A DNA stretch of 64,000 bases from Ostrea edulis (lineage: Eukaryota), in assembly GCF_947568905.1 (NCBI RefSeq), contig NC_079169.1, forward strand, positions 87,544,001-87,608,000, in the 5' to 3' direction. The notes under the pieces were generated by a model. It searched no databases. It was given only the letters and a program-made list of their open reading frames with translations, and was not told the DNA's origin. Within the stretch, counting starts at the first letter, position 1. Each line of letters opens with the position of its first letter. Shown here piece after piece: positions 38,455 to 50,755 of this stretch. The position numbers were made by a program, and so were the translations under genes.

Positions 38455-38856
38455 TTTTGATGCACCAGATGCGCATTTCAACAAATAACGTATCTTCATT
38501 GATGCTCAACCGAAATGTTTGCAATCCGAAATAGCAATGAAGTTTTAGAGCTATTTTAGGGAAAAACAGAGTGCCTAAAAAGTGGAGTAAAATTCGTCTA
38601 AGGATAAGAGCTATGTGTGAGGGAGATAATCCTTAATATTCAAATGAATTTCTAAATTTTATAACAGGAATTAAATATACATCCGTATTTTCAAGCTAGT
38701 AACGAAGTATTTAGCTACTGGGCTGTAGAGACTTTCGGGGACTAACAGTCCACCAGCAGAGGTCTCGACGCAGGGGTCATAATGTAAAACTTATACGGTA
38801 CCAATTTTGATGTACCAGATGCGCATTTCGACAAATAATGTCTCTTCAGTGATGCT
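38455..38856 (-). mobile_element. Retrozyme monomer at the centre of palindrome 2
   Basis: Cleavage sites at 38468 and 38818 (350 nt apart); the 38818 motif keeps the CTGAAGA...GAAA core. Confidence 0.85.
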
Positions 38857-38887
38857 ATTTCGGATTTCAAACATTTCGGTTGAGCAT

Positions 38888-38931
38888 GCAAGGTGAAGAT
38901 AACGAACAGTGATCAATCTCATAACTCCTAC
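38888..38931 (-). mobile_element. 44-bp Naiad 3' tail inside a hammerhead copy (same event as 9694-9737)
   Basis: Identical insertion point and sequence. Confidence 0.8.
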
Positions 38932-39527
38932 AATGAAGAGACATTATTTGTCGAAATGCGCATCTGGTGCATCAAAATTGGTACCGTATAAGTTTTACAT
39001 CAATCTTTACCTTGATGTGTTTATATTTTCGTTAACATGTTTAAATCACTATGACTGTCGACTGTCCTGTCTCAATCTGTATCGCTGTCGTTTGTTTCCT
39101 CTCAATCTGTATGGCTGTCGTTTGTTTCCTCTCAATCTGTATGGATGGGCTTCATTTGATTACACCGCTGTATACCTGGTGTAGTCGGTTCACACCTTAT
39201 GATAAAGTGCATTTTGGTGTAGTGTAGTATATATTTTTAATTACAAATTGTTTTCAATGTGCATTTATAAATACCTATGCATGTCTGAAAAATATCATTT
39301 CATACTCCGAAATATGTGTGGATTTATTTAACGTCGAAATTATTTTGATGGTTGTGCGAAATATCAATCGTTTTAATCTATTCTTTGAAATATATTTTCA
39401 ACTCTTGTTCATGACTACATGCACGGTGAAGATAACGAACAGTGATCAATCTCATAACACCTACAACCAATACAAAATAGATAGTTGGGAAAACACGGAC
39501 CCCTGGACACACCAGAGGTGGGATCAG

Positions 39528-41676
39528 GCGGCCGTTTCACTAAGCGATCGTAGATCGTAAACGTACGATTACGTTTAAGATCATTTGACTCGCACGTATA
39601 CGAGCGTTTCACGAAACCTATCGTAGTCGTAACACTTACGATTGCGATTTACGTCTGACTTTTTAGAACTCTTTTCTCTATGGAGGTAGATTTAAAATTA
39701 ATCCTACCATGAAAAGAAATATTCATTCATTATTTCCTCATGGTTTTAAACATATCCTTATCGTCTGCAGTAACCCATGCAAGTTGTCAACAAAAATAAT
39801 GGAAATTTTGAGCCCGATCTCTAGTGTAACGTAAAGAAAATTCCTAGAATGTTTAAACAATTGATAGAATAATTTTTATTGACTTTCATGTAACTAAAAT
39901 GGGGGTGGGGGTGATATAAGAAATAACATAAAAGATTTACATTTTAGAATTTTAAATGCCATGTATCGATCTGCTCATGTGAGCCAAATTTCCATCAATA
40001 AGTAAACTATGTTCAACGGATTAAAAAAAATGAATAAGAAAATGAAATTATATTGATAAAAGCAAATAATAAATGAAAATAAAATTGCACACAAGAATAG
40101 GAGATTTTATCCTGCATCAAACCATGGATATGTACGTACTCCGGCGTTAAATCATTGTTGTAAAATAAGCTGTAACACTAATGACATATCTAGTCACTTA
40201 TTTGTATAAATTTCAAACAAATCATGGGCTCAATTTGTCTCTAAAATGACTTGAAATTTATTTTCCCCATGCGTTTGTCTTTTATATATATATTTTTCCG
40301 TTTAGGCATGTAAGCATATGCTAACTTTCGTCTTTACGTGATGATGTATAATCCAGATCATTTATTAAAAATTATTATTGATATTACACTTTATGATGAT
40401 TGATTTTTATATTGTTTAACGTCCCTCTCGTAAATTTTCACTAATATGGAGACGTCACCATTGCCGGTGAAGGGCTATAAAATGTAGGCCTATACTCGGC
40501 GCTTACGGCCATTGGGCAGGGAGGGATCTTTTTCATGGTACACCTGCTGTGACACGGGACCTCAGTGTTTGCAGTCTCATCCGAAGGACCGCCCCATTTA
40601 GTCGCCTCCTTCGATAAGCAAGAGGTACTGAGGACCTATTCTAATCCGGATCCCCACGGGAGTGCACTTTATAAAAAGGGGTCGGAACCCCAAGGGTCCG
40701 ATAATGACCCTTCCCTTGTCTGTGTATACATATAGGTCTAGTCTGTATGTTTAATTTCTAACGACCTTCATAAAACTACAGAAACAATCCACTTGCAAAA
40801 TTGGGATTTTAACCCCTCTCCCATTACCAAATCATTTTATTATCATATTTTCCTTAAAATGTGCATGTATTATGCAGTTAGTCAGTTGCATCAAAGGTAT
40901 TGATCTGACGGGGGGGAAAAAGCTGAATACGTCGAATCGCAACGTCTCGGATCATTAAATCAACTGTTTCTAAAGAAATTTAATTTCTGAACATGAGAAT
41001 AATGTCTTGGATCCTCTCTAATGTTAAATATACATGTGATCTAACGGTGATGCAGGCATATGTAGCTATCTCCCCATATCTGTTCTCGTTATTATTACAT
41101 GCAAAGTTTGATATATTGACTAACCCCCCCCCCCCCCCCCTCACTTTATAAAATATGAATTCTTGCATTGTCTTTATATTTATTTCAGCAAACTGGTAAC
41201 AAGGGCTAGGCCCGTTTTGGACCCGAACTTTGTGATACAATGAATTTATACTCTATTTGTGGTATCACAGAGCCCGGGCCCAAAACGGACTTGACCCCTG
41301 TGAGACTGACATTTCTGTGGTCGTGCGTAACAAAGAAGGATAACTCTAATTGATTTAAGATTCGGGCTCGGACTGTACAATATTTTTGTGCAAAAGCAGA
41401 CTGCAAGTCATTGTGATTGTTTTCTTCCTCCAAAGTATAAACAAACTCAGTCAGGTAAATACTACCACAAAATGATCTCAGGCGGGCCAGCATGGCGGCC
41501 ATATTGCTCATTTACGTTCATGTAGGAGCACTTACGATAGCCCTAGACCACTCGTAGGGTTACGATCAATATTGATCGGAAATCGCAAATCGTAACTTTT
41601 AGTGAAACGGTCTTACGTGCTACGTTTACATTTAAGTCTACGTTTACGATCTACGATCGTTTAGTGAAACGGCCGC
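39528..41676 (-). mobile_element. Non-autonomous PIF/Harbinger element, 2149 bp, CAG target-site duplication
   Basis: TIR GCGGCCGTTTCACTAA(G/A)CGATCGTAGATCGTAAACGTA; TSD cag at 39525-39527 and 41677-41679; weak transposase-like N-terminal ORF 41206-41511. Confidence 0.85.
40394..40661 (-). mobile_element. SINE (bivalve Meta/RUDI-like core inferred) inside the Harbinger element
   Basis: Reverse complement of the 57140-57405 element. Confidence 0.75.
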
Positions 41677-42165
41677 CAGGTGCCTAGGAGGAGTAAGCAT
41701 CCTCTGTTGACCGGTCACACCCGCCGTGAGCCCTATATCCTGATCAGGTAAACGGAGTTATCCGCAGTCAAAATCAGTGTGCCAAAAACGGCTTAACAAT
41801 CGGTATGAAACACGTCAGACAGCATTTGACCCAATGTGAGGTTGTATTGACGAACCAGATCGTTATAACGACCATAGAATTTACGAAATGCTGACTTCAA
41901 TCGAGACTGTTGAAATCCCTGTACCATCAACTTGTTTGTCAGTAGCTTACCTCGATTTAAAAACTGACTATACCCAGAACAAGCTCTTGCATATCGAATC
42001 AGTTGAGATATATAAACACCATATGCAGGTGATAATGGAATATTGCTACACAAATATGAGAAATTGACGATGGAGAAACTGAAATCATCCCGTTTGTCAT
42101 ACAGTTGAGTCGTCAGTTTGCCGTTAATGTCTACTTTCAATAAAATATCTAAGTATGAAGCAGAA

Positions 42166-44995
42166 TCTTGTCTCAATTTGTATGACAGTTGATTTTCTTG
42201 TCTCAAACTGTATGACAGTTGATTATTTTGTCTCAATCTCTATGACTGTTGATTATCTTGTCTCAAACTGTATGACAGTTGATTATTTTGTCTCCATCTC
42301 TATGACTGTTGATTATCTTGTCTCAAACTGTATGACAGTTGATTATTTTGTCTCAAAATGTATTACAGTTGATTGTCTTATCTCAATCTGTATGACTGTT
42401 AATTATCTTGTCTCAATCTGTATGACTGTTGATTATCTTGTCTCATTCTGTATGACAGTTGATTATTTTGTCTCAATCTGTATGACTGTTGATAATCTTG
42501 TCTCAAACTGTATGATAGTTGATTATTTTGTCTCAAAATGTATTACAGTTGATTGTCTTATCTCAATCTGTATGACTGTTAATTATCTTGTCTCAATCTG
42601 TATGACTGTTGATTGTCTTGTCTCATTCTGTATGACTGTTGATTATTTTGTCTCAATCTGTATGACTGTTAATTATCTTGTCTCAATCTGTATGACTGTT
42701 GATTATCTTGTCTCAATCTGTATGACTGTTGATTATCTTGTCTCAAACTGTATGATAGTTGATTATTTTGTCTCAAAATGTATTACAGTTGATTGTCTTA
42801 TCTCAATCTGTATGACTGTTAATTATCTTGTCTCAATCTGTATGACTGTTGATTATCTTGTCTCATTCTCTATGACAGTTGATTATCCTGTCTCAATCTG
42901 TATGACTGTTGATTATCTTGTCTCATTCTGTATGACAGTTGATTATTTTGACTCAATCTGTATGACTGTTAATTATCTTGTCTCAATCTGTATGACTGTT
43001 GATTATCTTGTCTCATTCTGTATGACAGTTGATTATTTTGTCTCAATCTGTATGACAGTTGATTATCTTGTCTCATTCTGTATGACAGTTGATTATCTTG
43101 TCTCAATCTGTATGACAGTTGATTATCTTATCCCATTCTGTATGATTGTTGATTATCTTATCTCAATCTGTATGACTGTTGATAATCTTGTCTCAATCTG
43201 TATGACTGTTGATTATCTTGTCTCAAACTGTATGACAGTTGATTATTTTGTCTCAATCTCTTTGACTGTTGATTATCTTGTCTCAAACTGTATGACAGTT
43301 GATTATTTTGTCTCAATCTCTATGACTGTTGATTATCTTGTCTCAAACTGTATGACAGTTGGTTGTCTTATCTCATTCTGTATGACTGTTGATTATCTTA
43401 TCTCAATCTGTGTGACAGTTGATTATCTTGTCTCAAACTGTATGACAGTTGATTTTTTTGTCTCAAAATGTTTTACAGTTGATTGTCTTATCTCAATCTG
43501 TATTACTGTTGATTATCTTGTCTCAATCTGTATGACTTTTGATTCTTTTGTCTCAATCTGTATGACTGTTGATTATCTTGTCTCAATCTCTATGACTATT
43601 GATTATCTTGTCTCAATCTGTATGACAGTTGATTATCTTATCCCATTCTGTATGTTTGTTGATTAGTTTGTCTCAATCTGTATGACTGTTGATTATCTTG
43701 TCTCAATCTGTATGACAGTTGATTATCTTGTCTCAATCTGTATGGCTGTTGATTAGTTTGTCTCAATCTGTATGACTGTTGATTATCTTGTCTCAATCTG
43801 TATGACTGTTGATTAGTTTGTCGCATTCTGTATGACAGTTGATTATGTTGTTTCAATCTGTATGACTGTTGATTATATTATATCAATCTGTATGACAGTT
43901 AATTATTTTGTCTCAATCTGTATGACAGTTGATTATATTGTCTCAATCTGTATGACTGTTAATTGTCTTATCTCATTATGTATGACTGTTGATTATCATG
44001 TCTCAATCTTTATTAGAGTTGATTATCTTGTCTCAATCTGTATGACTGTTGATTATTTTCTCTCAATCTGTATGACAGTTGATTATCTTGTCTCAATCTG
44101 TATGACTGTTAATTGTCTTATCTCATTATGTATGACTGTTGATTATATCGTCTCAATCTGTATGACAATTGATTGTCTTATCTCATTCTGTATGACAGTT
44201 GATTGTCTTATCTCATTATGTATGACTGTTAATTATCTTGTCTCAATCTGTGTGACAGTTGATTATCTTGTCGCAATCTGTATGACAGTTGATTATCTTG
44301 TCTCAATCTGTATGACTGTTAATTGTCTTATCTCATTATGTATGACTGTTGATTATATCGTCTCAGTCTGTATGACAGTTGATTGTCTTATTTCATTCTG
44401 TATGACAGTTGATTATCTTGTCTCAATCTGTATGACAGTTGATTATATTGTCTCAATCTGTATGACAGTTGATTATCTTGTCTCAATCTGTGTGACAGTT
44501 GATTATATTGTCTCAATCTGTATGACAGTTGATTATCTTATCTCATTCTGTATGACAGTTGATTATCTTGTCTCAATCGGTATGACAGTTGATTATATTG
44601 TCTCAATCTGTATGACAGTTGATTGTCTTATCTCAATCTGTATCACTGTTGATTATCTTGTCTCAATCTGTATGATAGTTGATTATCTTATCTCATTCTG
44701 TACAAGAGTTGATTATTTTGTCTCATTCTGTATGACAGTTGATTATTTTATCTCATTCTGTATGAGAGTTGATTATTTTGTCTCATTCTGTATGAGAGTT
44801 GGTTATTTTGTCTCATTCTGTATGAGAGTTGATTATTTTGTCTCATTCTGTATGCCTGTTGATTGTCTTATCTCAATCTGTATGCCTGTTGATTTTCTTA
44901 TCTCATTCTGTATGACAGTTAATTCTCTTGTCTCAATCTGTACAACAGTTGAATGTCTGCTCTCAATTTCTATGACAGTCGATTATCGTGTGTCA
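42166..44995. repeat. 30-bp satellite array, arm4 (~94 units), with local higher-order repeats
   Basis: Variant unit tctcaaaatgtattacagtt recurs at ~42351, 42531 and 42771. Confidence 0.95.
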
Positions 44996-45770
44996 ATATA
45001 TATGCACTATCGAATTCCCATTGTCAATACGTATGAACTGTTGATTGCCTTCTCTCAGAATACATTTACTGTTAATTTGTAACAATTCTTCTTTACCTCT
45101 ATTCAATCTTTATGAATCTTACTTAACCTCTAATCAGTTTGACTTTTCTATTTGAATACCTTTTTCAGGTATAATCATTCTTGAAAAGAATTATTTGACA
45201 TTATGTGAATAAATATCATATTTTTTAAAGATTTAGCAGACAAAAAATAAGATAATTTATTTGTACAGTATATACATATAACACACAAAATACAACAATA
45301 ATGCATTACTCTTTATCCAACAACCGGAATGTGAATCTCAGCAGCACTACAATACAAAGAAAACATGTGAATAGCTTTATTTCTAAGCTGCAAGATGTGT
45401 ATCACTTCTTAGAAACTCCTACAGAAATCTTAACAACATTTTACGATGCAATAAAACTTATAAAACAGCGATAATCCACGAAGTCGATATACATGTACCA
45501 TGATAATTCACGGAATCCACTTTGGTGTTCATGGTGCTATGATGGAATAACAATCATTATGTCCGACATCAAGCATTTAGAAAGAATAAAGCGATATAAT
45601 GGTAAAGTTGGAACGATTTTAGTGAAAAGTAATATCCTGAATCAAAGCGTTGAACATTTAAATTCAAAGATAATAATTGTGTATTACTACAGATACAAGA
45701 AGCTGCTTTATTTCACCAGATTTATTCAAGAATATCAAACTTATATCGTCTGCAACTGCCTCCGACAAAA

Positions 45771-47288
45771 TTAAGAATATGTAATCAACCTGGGGTACCT
45801 GTAAAATAATCGACTGGGCTCGAGATATAGGGCTCACGGCGGGTGTGACCGGTCACTGCATATGGTGTTTATATATCTCAATTGATTCGATATGCAAGAG
45901 CTTGTTCTGGGTTTAGTCAGTTTTTAAATCGAGGTAAGCTACTGACAAACAAGTTGATGGTACAGGGATTTCAACAGTCTCGATTGAAGTCAGCATTTCG
46001 CAAATTCTATGGTTGTTATAACGACCTACTTCGTCAGTACAACCTCGCATTGGGTCAAATGCTGTCTGACGTGTTTCATACCGATTGTTAAGCCGTTCTT
46101 GGCACACTGATTTTGACTGCAGATAACTCCGTTTGCCTGATCAGGATATAGGGCTCACGGCAGGTGTGACCGGTCAACAGGGGATGCTTACTCCACCTAG
46201 GCACCTGATCCCACCTCTGGTGTGTCCAGGGGTCCGTGTTTTCCGAACTATCTATTTTGTATTGTTTATAGGAGTTATGAAATTGATCACTGTTCGTTAT
46301 CTTCACCTTGCATGCTTACTATTTTAAGTAAGACTATATCAACATCATGAGATGTAAATGATATCAATATTTCCATACATAAATCCTTGAAGGATGTAAT
46401 GTGATAAAACAAAAATGAAAACATACGGCATTTCGCAGATATACGTGTTCAGATCAGTGCAGGGGTCATCTGACCACGTCATGTCAAACCCTTGACCTGG
46501 ATCGTATCTAATGACAACACAATTTTCATTTCCCCATCGGTTGTTGGGCTGGTCGGGACCCCAGTTCAAATAAGTGGCATTCTGTCCAGAAGAAATCCAT
46601 ACAAATTCGCCCTCGTTGACAATATCGTTGACACCAATATAGTAAGCAGTAGATCCTGGAATGTAATGGAACGACAGAGTAGAGTAAACTTATAGTTTTG
46701 AGTCTATCTTAATGTATATCAATCACAAGGGAAAAGGTATCTGTTTGGGTTTTGGATGGAGATGGACATACCGGAGTGCCTAATCAGGTTTGCCAGATAT
46801 TTCTGTGTGTTGGCGCTATCTATGGTGGCAATGGAGGCAGGTCTACGGTACTGGACTCCTAGCATTTCACAGAGTATCTGCAAGAAAGCGATGACGTCAT
46901 TCTACACGCATGAAGGCATTAATCAAGGTCTTTGAAATAATGTCTTTTATAGAAAGAGAATAACGGATATTTACCAGAGCGTCCGAAAACGTCTCATTGT
47001 CTCTACTGAAGAAGTAACATTTGTTCCTATGTCCAGACCAGTGTGAAGGACAGGCAGCGAACACTAGAAGAGAGTTCAGAATTGTTAGTAGGCAGAATTG
47101 AATATTTTTTATCTTTCTTAGTAATTTGAAAAAGCAGAGAAATTGATTAGTAACCTGTGATCTCCGATTTCCCCGGTACCCCTTTCTTTATTGCGGTAAA
47201 ACGTTTATACTAATAATGATACAATTAGCATCCTTCTAAACGTACCTGTGGTCAGTGCTGCGAGAAAGATGAGGAGCTGGATATTCAT
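45771..47288 (-). CDS. C-type lectin type B, copy B4. Exons 47288-47246, 47063-46975, 46877-46772, 46655-46427, 45798-45771
   Basis: Open spliced frame (CPSHW, GSTAYY and IRYDP variants); Naiad insertion in the last intron. Confidence 0.88.
45854..46311 (+). mobile_element. 5'-truncated young Naiad in intron 4 of B4
   Basis: ORF 45882-46091 is the RT C-terminus; ends in tatcttcaccttgc. Confidence 0.88.
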
Positions 47289-48441
47289 TTTGGAAGGTTG
47301 ATTAATAATGATCTGCAGAGAAAGCAATTTCTTGCTTTTATATAGTGGTGTAATTTTGATAAGATTTGAGGTTCGTGAAGAAAGGTAAGGAAACAGAACC
47401 TAATCAAACAGGACTATGTTGACGGAGAAAGATCACAATTTAGAACATTGTCAAGACGTCGTGTCCACTACCTATACGTGATGCATGTTTCAGATAATCT
47501 AGATATGCAATTCTTTCTCGTTAGTGGAAACTGAAATATCATATATTCTAGTTTTCGTGATTTGGTTCACCCACTTATAAAGCAAATGGTGCACTAGTGA
47601 AACTCTTTTTAAAACAAAAATACCAATTTATACTATAGAGTGGTTCAAATAAAATAAGATTAGAAAAATGAAATTAACGAAATAATCTACATCACGTTTC
47701 TTAAATAAAGGTTTTAAACATTATTCTGTTTCTGGGGGTTTTATATCCACAGATACAACTCATCAACGTAAGATATCTTAAAGTCATGGAAACGGAATTA
47801 AAAATCTAAATTTGATGCTTTTTGCCTTAAGTTGGTGGTGCCTCTAATTCAGCAAACTAGTCTCGCAGGTCGTACAACTGCAAACAGTGAATGACTGGGA
47901 GAGTTACAGTATGCTCACAGAGGTATCTAAATACAAGTATTACTGCGACACATTGTATATACTGATTATCAACTAGAAATTATAAAATAATTCATTAAGA
48001 AAGTTACATGATTTTCATTTGTTCATGCTGTGTACTTCGAAATTAATGTCCTACATTCATCCAAATCCACATGCATTGTTATATTTTTCATTCCGTTTTG
48101 AATTCGCCGTAAAACCTTTATTGCTCCTGTAAAGAAATCAAAATTGGGACCAAATTCCCCCAATATGTAATGATTATGATAAACAGTGTTATCATGTTGT
48201 CATGCAGTATATATTGATAATCTTCGTTTCCTTTCACCCAATGTCGTGTAGTCAAATCTTACGCCTACTAAATTAAACGTGATGATTGTAAGGTCTTCAT
48301 CCACCTAGGAGATGTGAATGGTGTTCTTCTTTAGGTTCTACACTATAAACTTTCTCTCCGTGACTTCTTATCAAAATCGCAGCACTATATAAGTGCACCA
48401 ACTTGGTTTCTCTACAGATTACAAATAATCAACCGTCCAAA

Positions 48442-49413
48442 ATGAATATTCAGCTCCTCATCTTTCTCACAACACTGACCACAGGTAAGTTTATTTGGAT
48501 GCATATTCTATTCAAGTACTAAAGAATGGCAGAAACTGTTCTTTGATTTTAATCATTAGTGAATTTCATTTGAAGTACTCTACATTTTTCAAATATTCAC
48601 ACTCTTGGAAAAGTTTCCTTTAGTTTCATTTGAGTTTCTGTTTCGGGAGGTAGGGTATATGGTTTGTTTTCAGACCTACACATGTATGATTACATGATTT
48701 TAATCTTTGATTGAAGTATTCGCTGTTTGTCCCACTAACTGGAGTGCACACAATGACAGATGTTTCTTCCTCAGCAAAGACAACGAGACGCTTGCCGGAG
48801 CATTGGTAAACATCCATTTCTCTGTCCTTACCTACATTAAATCTACTCTAGAATCGTCATTCATGACATGTAACACAGATTGCAACAAATCTCAAAGCTG
48901 TAATTGATGACGTATAACACAGACTCTTCTTTTCCTTAAGAAACTCTGCCAAGCAATTGGTTCTCAGTATGGCAGGACTGCGTCTTTGGCCACAGTGGAC
49001 GATGTCGCGACACAGAAATTTCTTGAAAACCCCGTCAAACAGTCTGGTTTGTGATTCCTCAATGTTTATTCCAAGAGCAAATATTTCTATTTAAAAAGAA
49101 TGTAATGTAATGCCCTTGTCACAATGAAATATTTGATATTCCTATTTGAATTCACTTACATATTGATAACTTTGTCTACATATTAGGATACAATGGTTTC
49201 TACATCGGTTTAACTGATATCGTCGAAGAAGATACATTTGTTTGGATATCCTCCGGTAAAACTGCTACCTATACCAACTGGGGTACCATCCAGCCTAACA
49301 ACAGATATGGAAACGAAAATTGTGTGGTCTTTCGAAATGAACCAGGCTATGTAATGACGTGGACAGATGATCCTTGCACCGATCTCAACAATTATATATG
49401 TGAAATGGCGTAG
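48442..49413 (+). CDS. C-type lectin type A, copy A4. Exons 48442-48484, 48717-48805, 48941-49046, 49187-49413
   Basis: Open spliced frame; QPN and WTD motifs. Confidence 0.92.
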
Positions 49414-50031
49414 GTTTTATTCATTCTCTTCCATTTCACTAGTTTCATTTTGATGGAAGTCACCTGAGCTTAAGAGACGGGCTTGCTTTTCTGATCCAAG
49501 TAGTTCCATCATCATTCTAATTCTCTTTCGTTGGTATTTTATTTACTGTGTAAAAGGAATTTCCAGAATATTCTTCATTTCTTCTATAGAAACCAAATTA
49601 GAAATTCAAACCAACTAGGTATAAACGTACGCGGTGAAGGTAAATTCAAACCAAGGGGATTTAAGTTGAAGTGGCAAGACCTTTACCAATAAGGGGAAGC
49701 TAAAGTTGGTGTGTTAAGATAAAGGTTGGGTCAAATTGATGTATTAAGACACCTATAATTGAGAACCAAAGGGTTAGGCCATGAAACGTTCTACTCAAGC
49801 AATGATGAAAGGAAGTGTTTTAAGACGCGGGCATTGGGGATATTAGTGGAGTAAAAGTTTCATTACTGTATTAGTAGATTTACTCGGGTACGTTTGGTGG
49901 CCATTGGACATTTAATTATCATTTTATTGAACATATATCATTGATTTTTTGTTTCATAACTATAAATTGTTGGAAATGGTATTGAATCACTGCCATTTTG
50001 TTATCGATATTGATTACCCAAATGTTAAAAT

Positions 50032-50310
50032 GTAAAACTTATACGGTAACAATTTTGATACACCAGATGCACATTTCGACAAATAATGTCTCTTCAGTGA
50101 TGCTCAACCGACATGTTTGAAATCCGGAATAACAATAATGTTTTAGAGCTATTATAGGGCGTATTTTCAAGCTAGTAACGAAGTACTTAGCTACGGGGCT
50201 GTAGAGACCCTCGGGGACTAACAGTCCACCAGCAAAGGCTTCGATCCAGGGGTCATAATGTAAAACTTATACGGTACTAATTTTGATGCACCAGATGCGC
50301 ATTTCGACAA
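50032..50310 (-). mobile_element. Internally deleted retrozyme copy with a near-intact hammerhead at ~50064-50106
   Basis: Minus strand reads gcatca CTGAAGA gacattatttgtc GAAA tgtgca TC tggtgt. Confidence 0.8.
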
Positions 50311-50363
50311 AGAAATAAATATGAATTTCATATTTCATAAACCCAATTTCTTCTCATGACGTG

Positions 50364-50366
<3 letters not shown>

Positions 50367-50431
<65 letters not shown>

Positions 50432-50493
50432 CATTTATTCCAAAGCACTTCCGCTCTCTGGTGGAATTTGGAAAAAAACATTGTTTTTTCAAA

Positions 50494-50575
<82 letters not shown>
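50367..50575. repeat. (GA)n, (CT)n and (TA)n microsatellite cluster
   Basis: Direct reading. Confidence 0.95.
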
Positions 50576-50579
<4 letters not shown>

Positions 50580-50700
50580 TATCGATACTTGTCGTTTTTG
50601 TGTGTTATTTGTTTATGTAATATATGTCTCTTGATAAAGACGCGGGTTGCGTCGAAAATTCGAGTTTTAAATAACCAACAGTGTCTTGGCCTTTTCAGTG

Positions 50701-50755
<55 letters not shown>

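Larger units (their letters stand above)
29268..38536 (+). repeat. Segmental duplication arm3
   Basis: Direct copy of arm1 (offset ~29.2-29.6 kb); inverted copy of arm2 and arm4. Confidence 0.93.
39421..42165 (-). mobile_element. Young Naiad 3' fragment (39421-39527 plus 41677-42165), split by a Harbinger insertion
   Basis: Same insertion site and 5' junction as 10325-10917; ORF 41793-42236 is the RT C-terminus. Confidence 0.88.
38853..50030 (-). repeat. Segmental duplication arm4 (inverted); more diverged beyond ~49580
   Basis: Direct match to arm2, including shared junctions; inverted match to arm1 and arm3. Confidence 0.9.

Noticed and set aside
42155-45082. Long ORFs of MTVDYLVSIC repeats (up to 503 aa; also at 6-7.7, 12-14 and 35.7-36.9 kb)
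   Set aside because: By-product of a 30-bp satellite with no stop in one frame. Lengths and frames differ between arms, and there are no gene signals.
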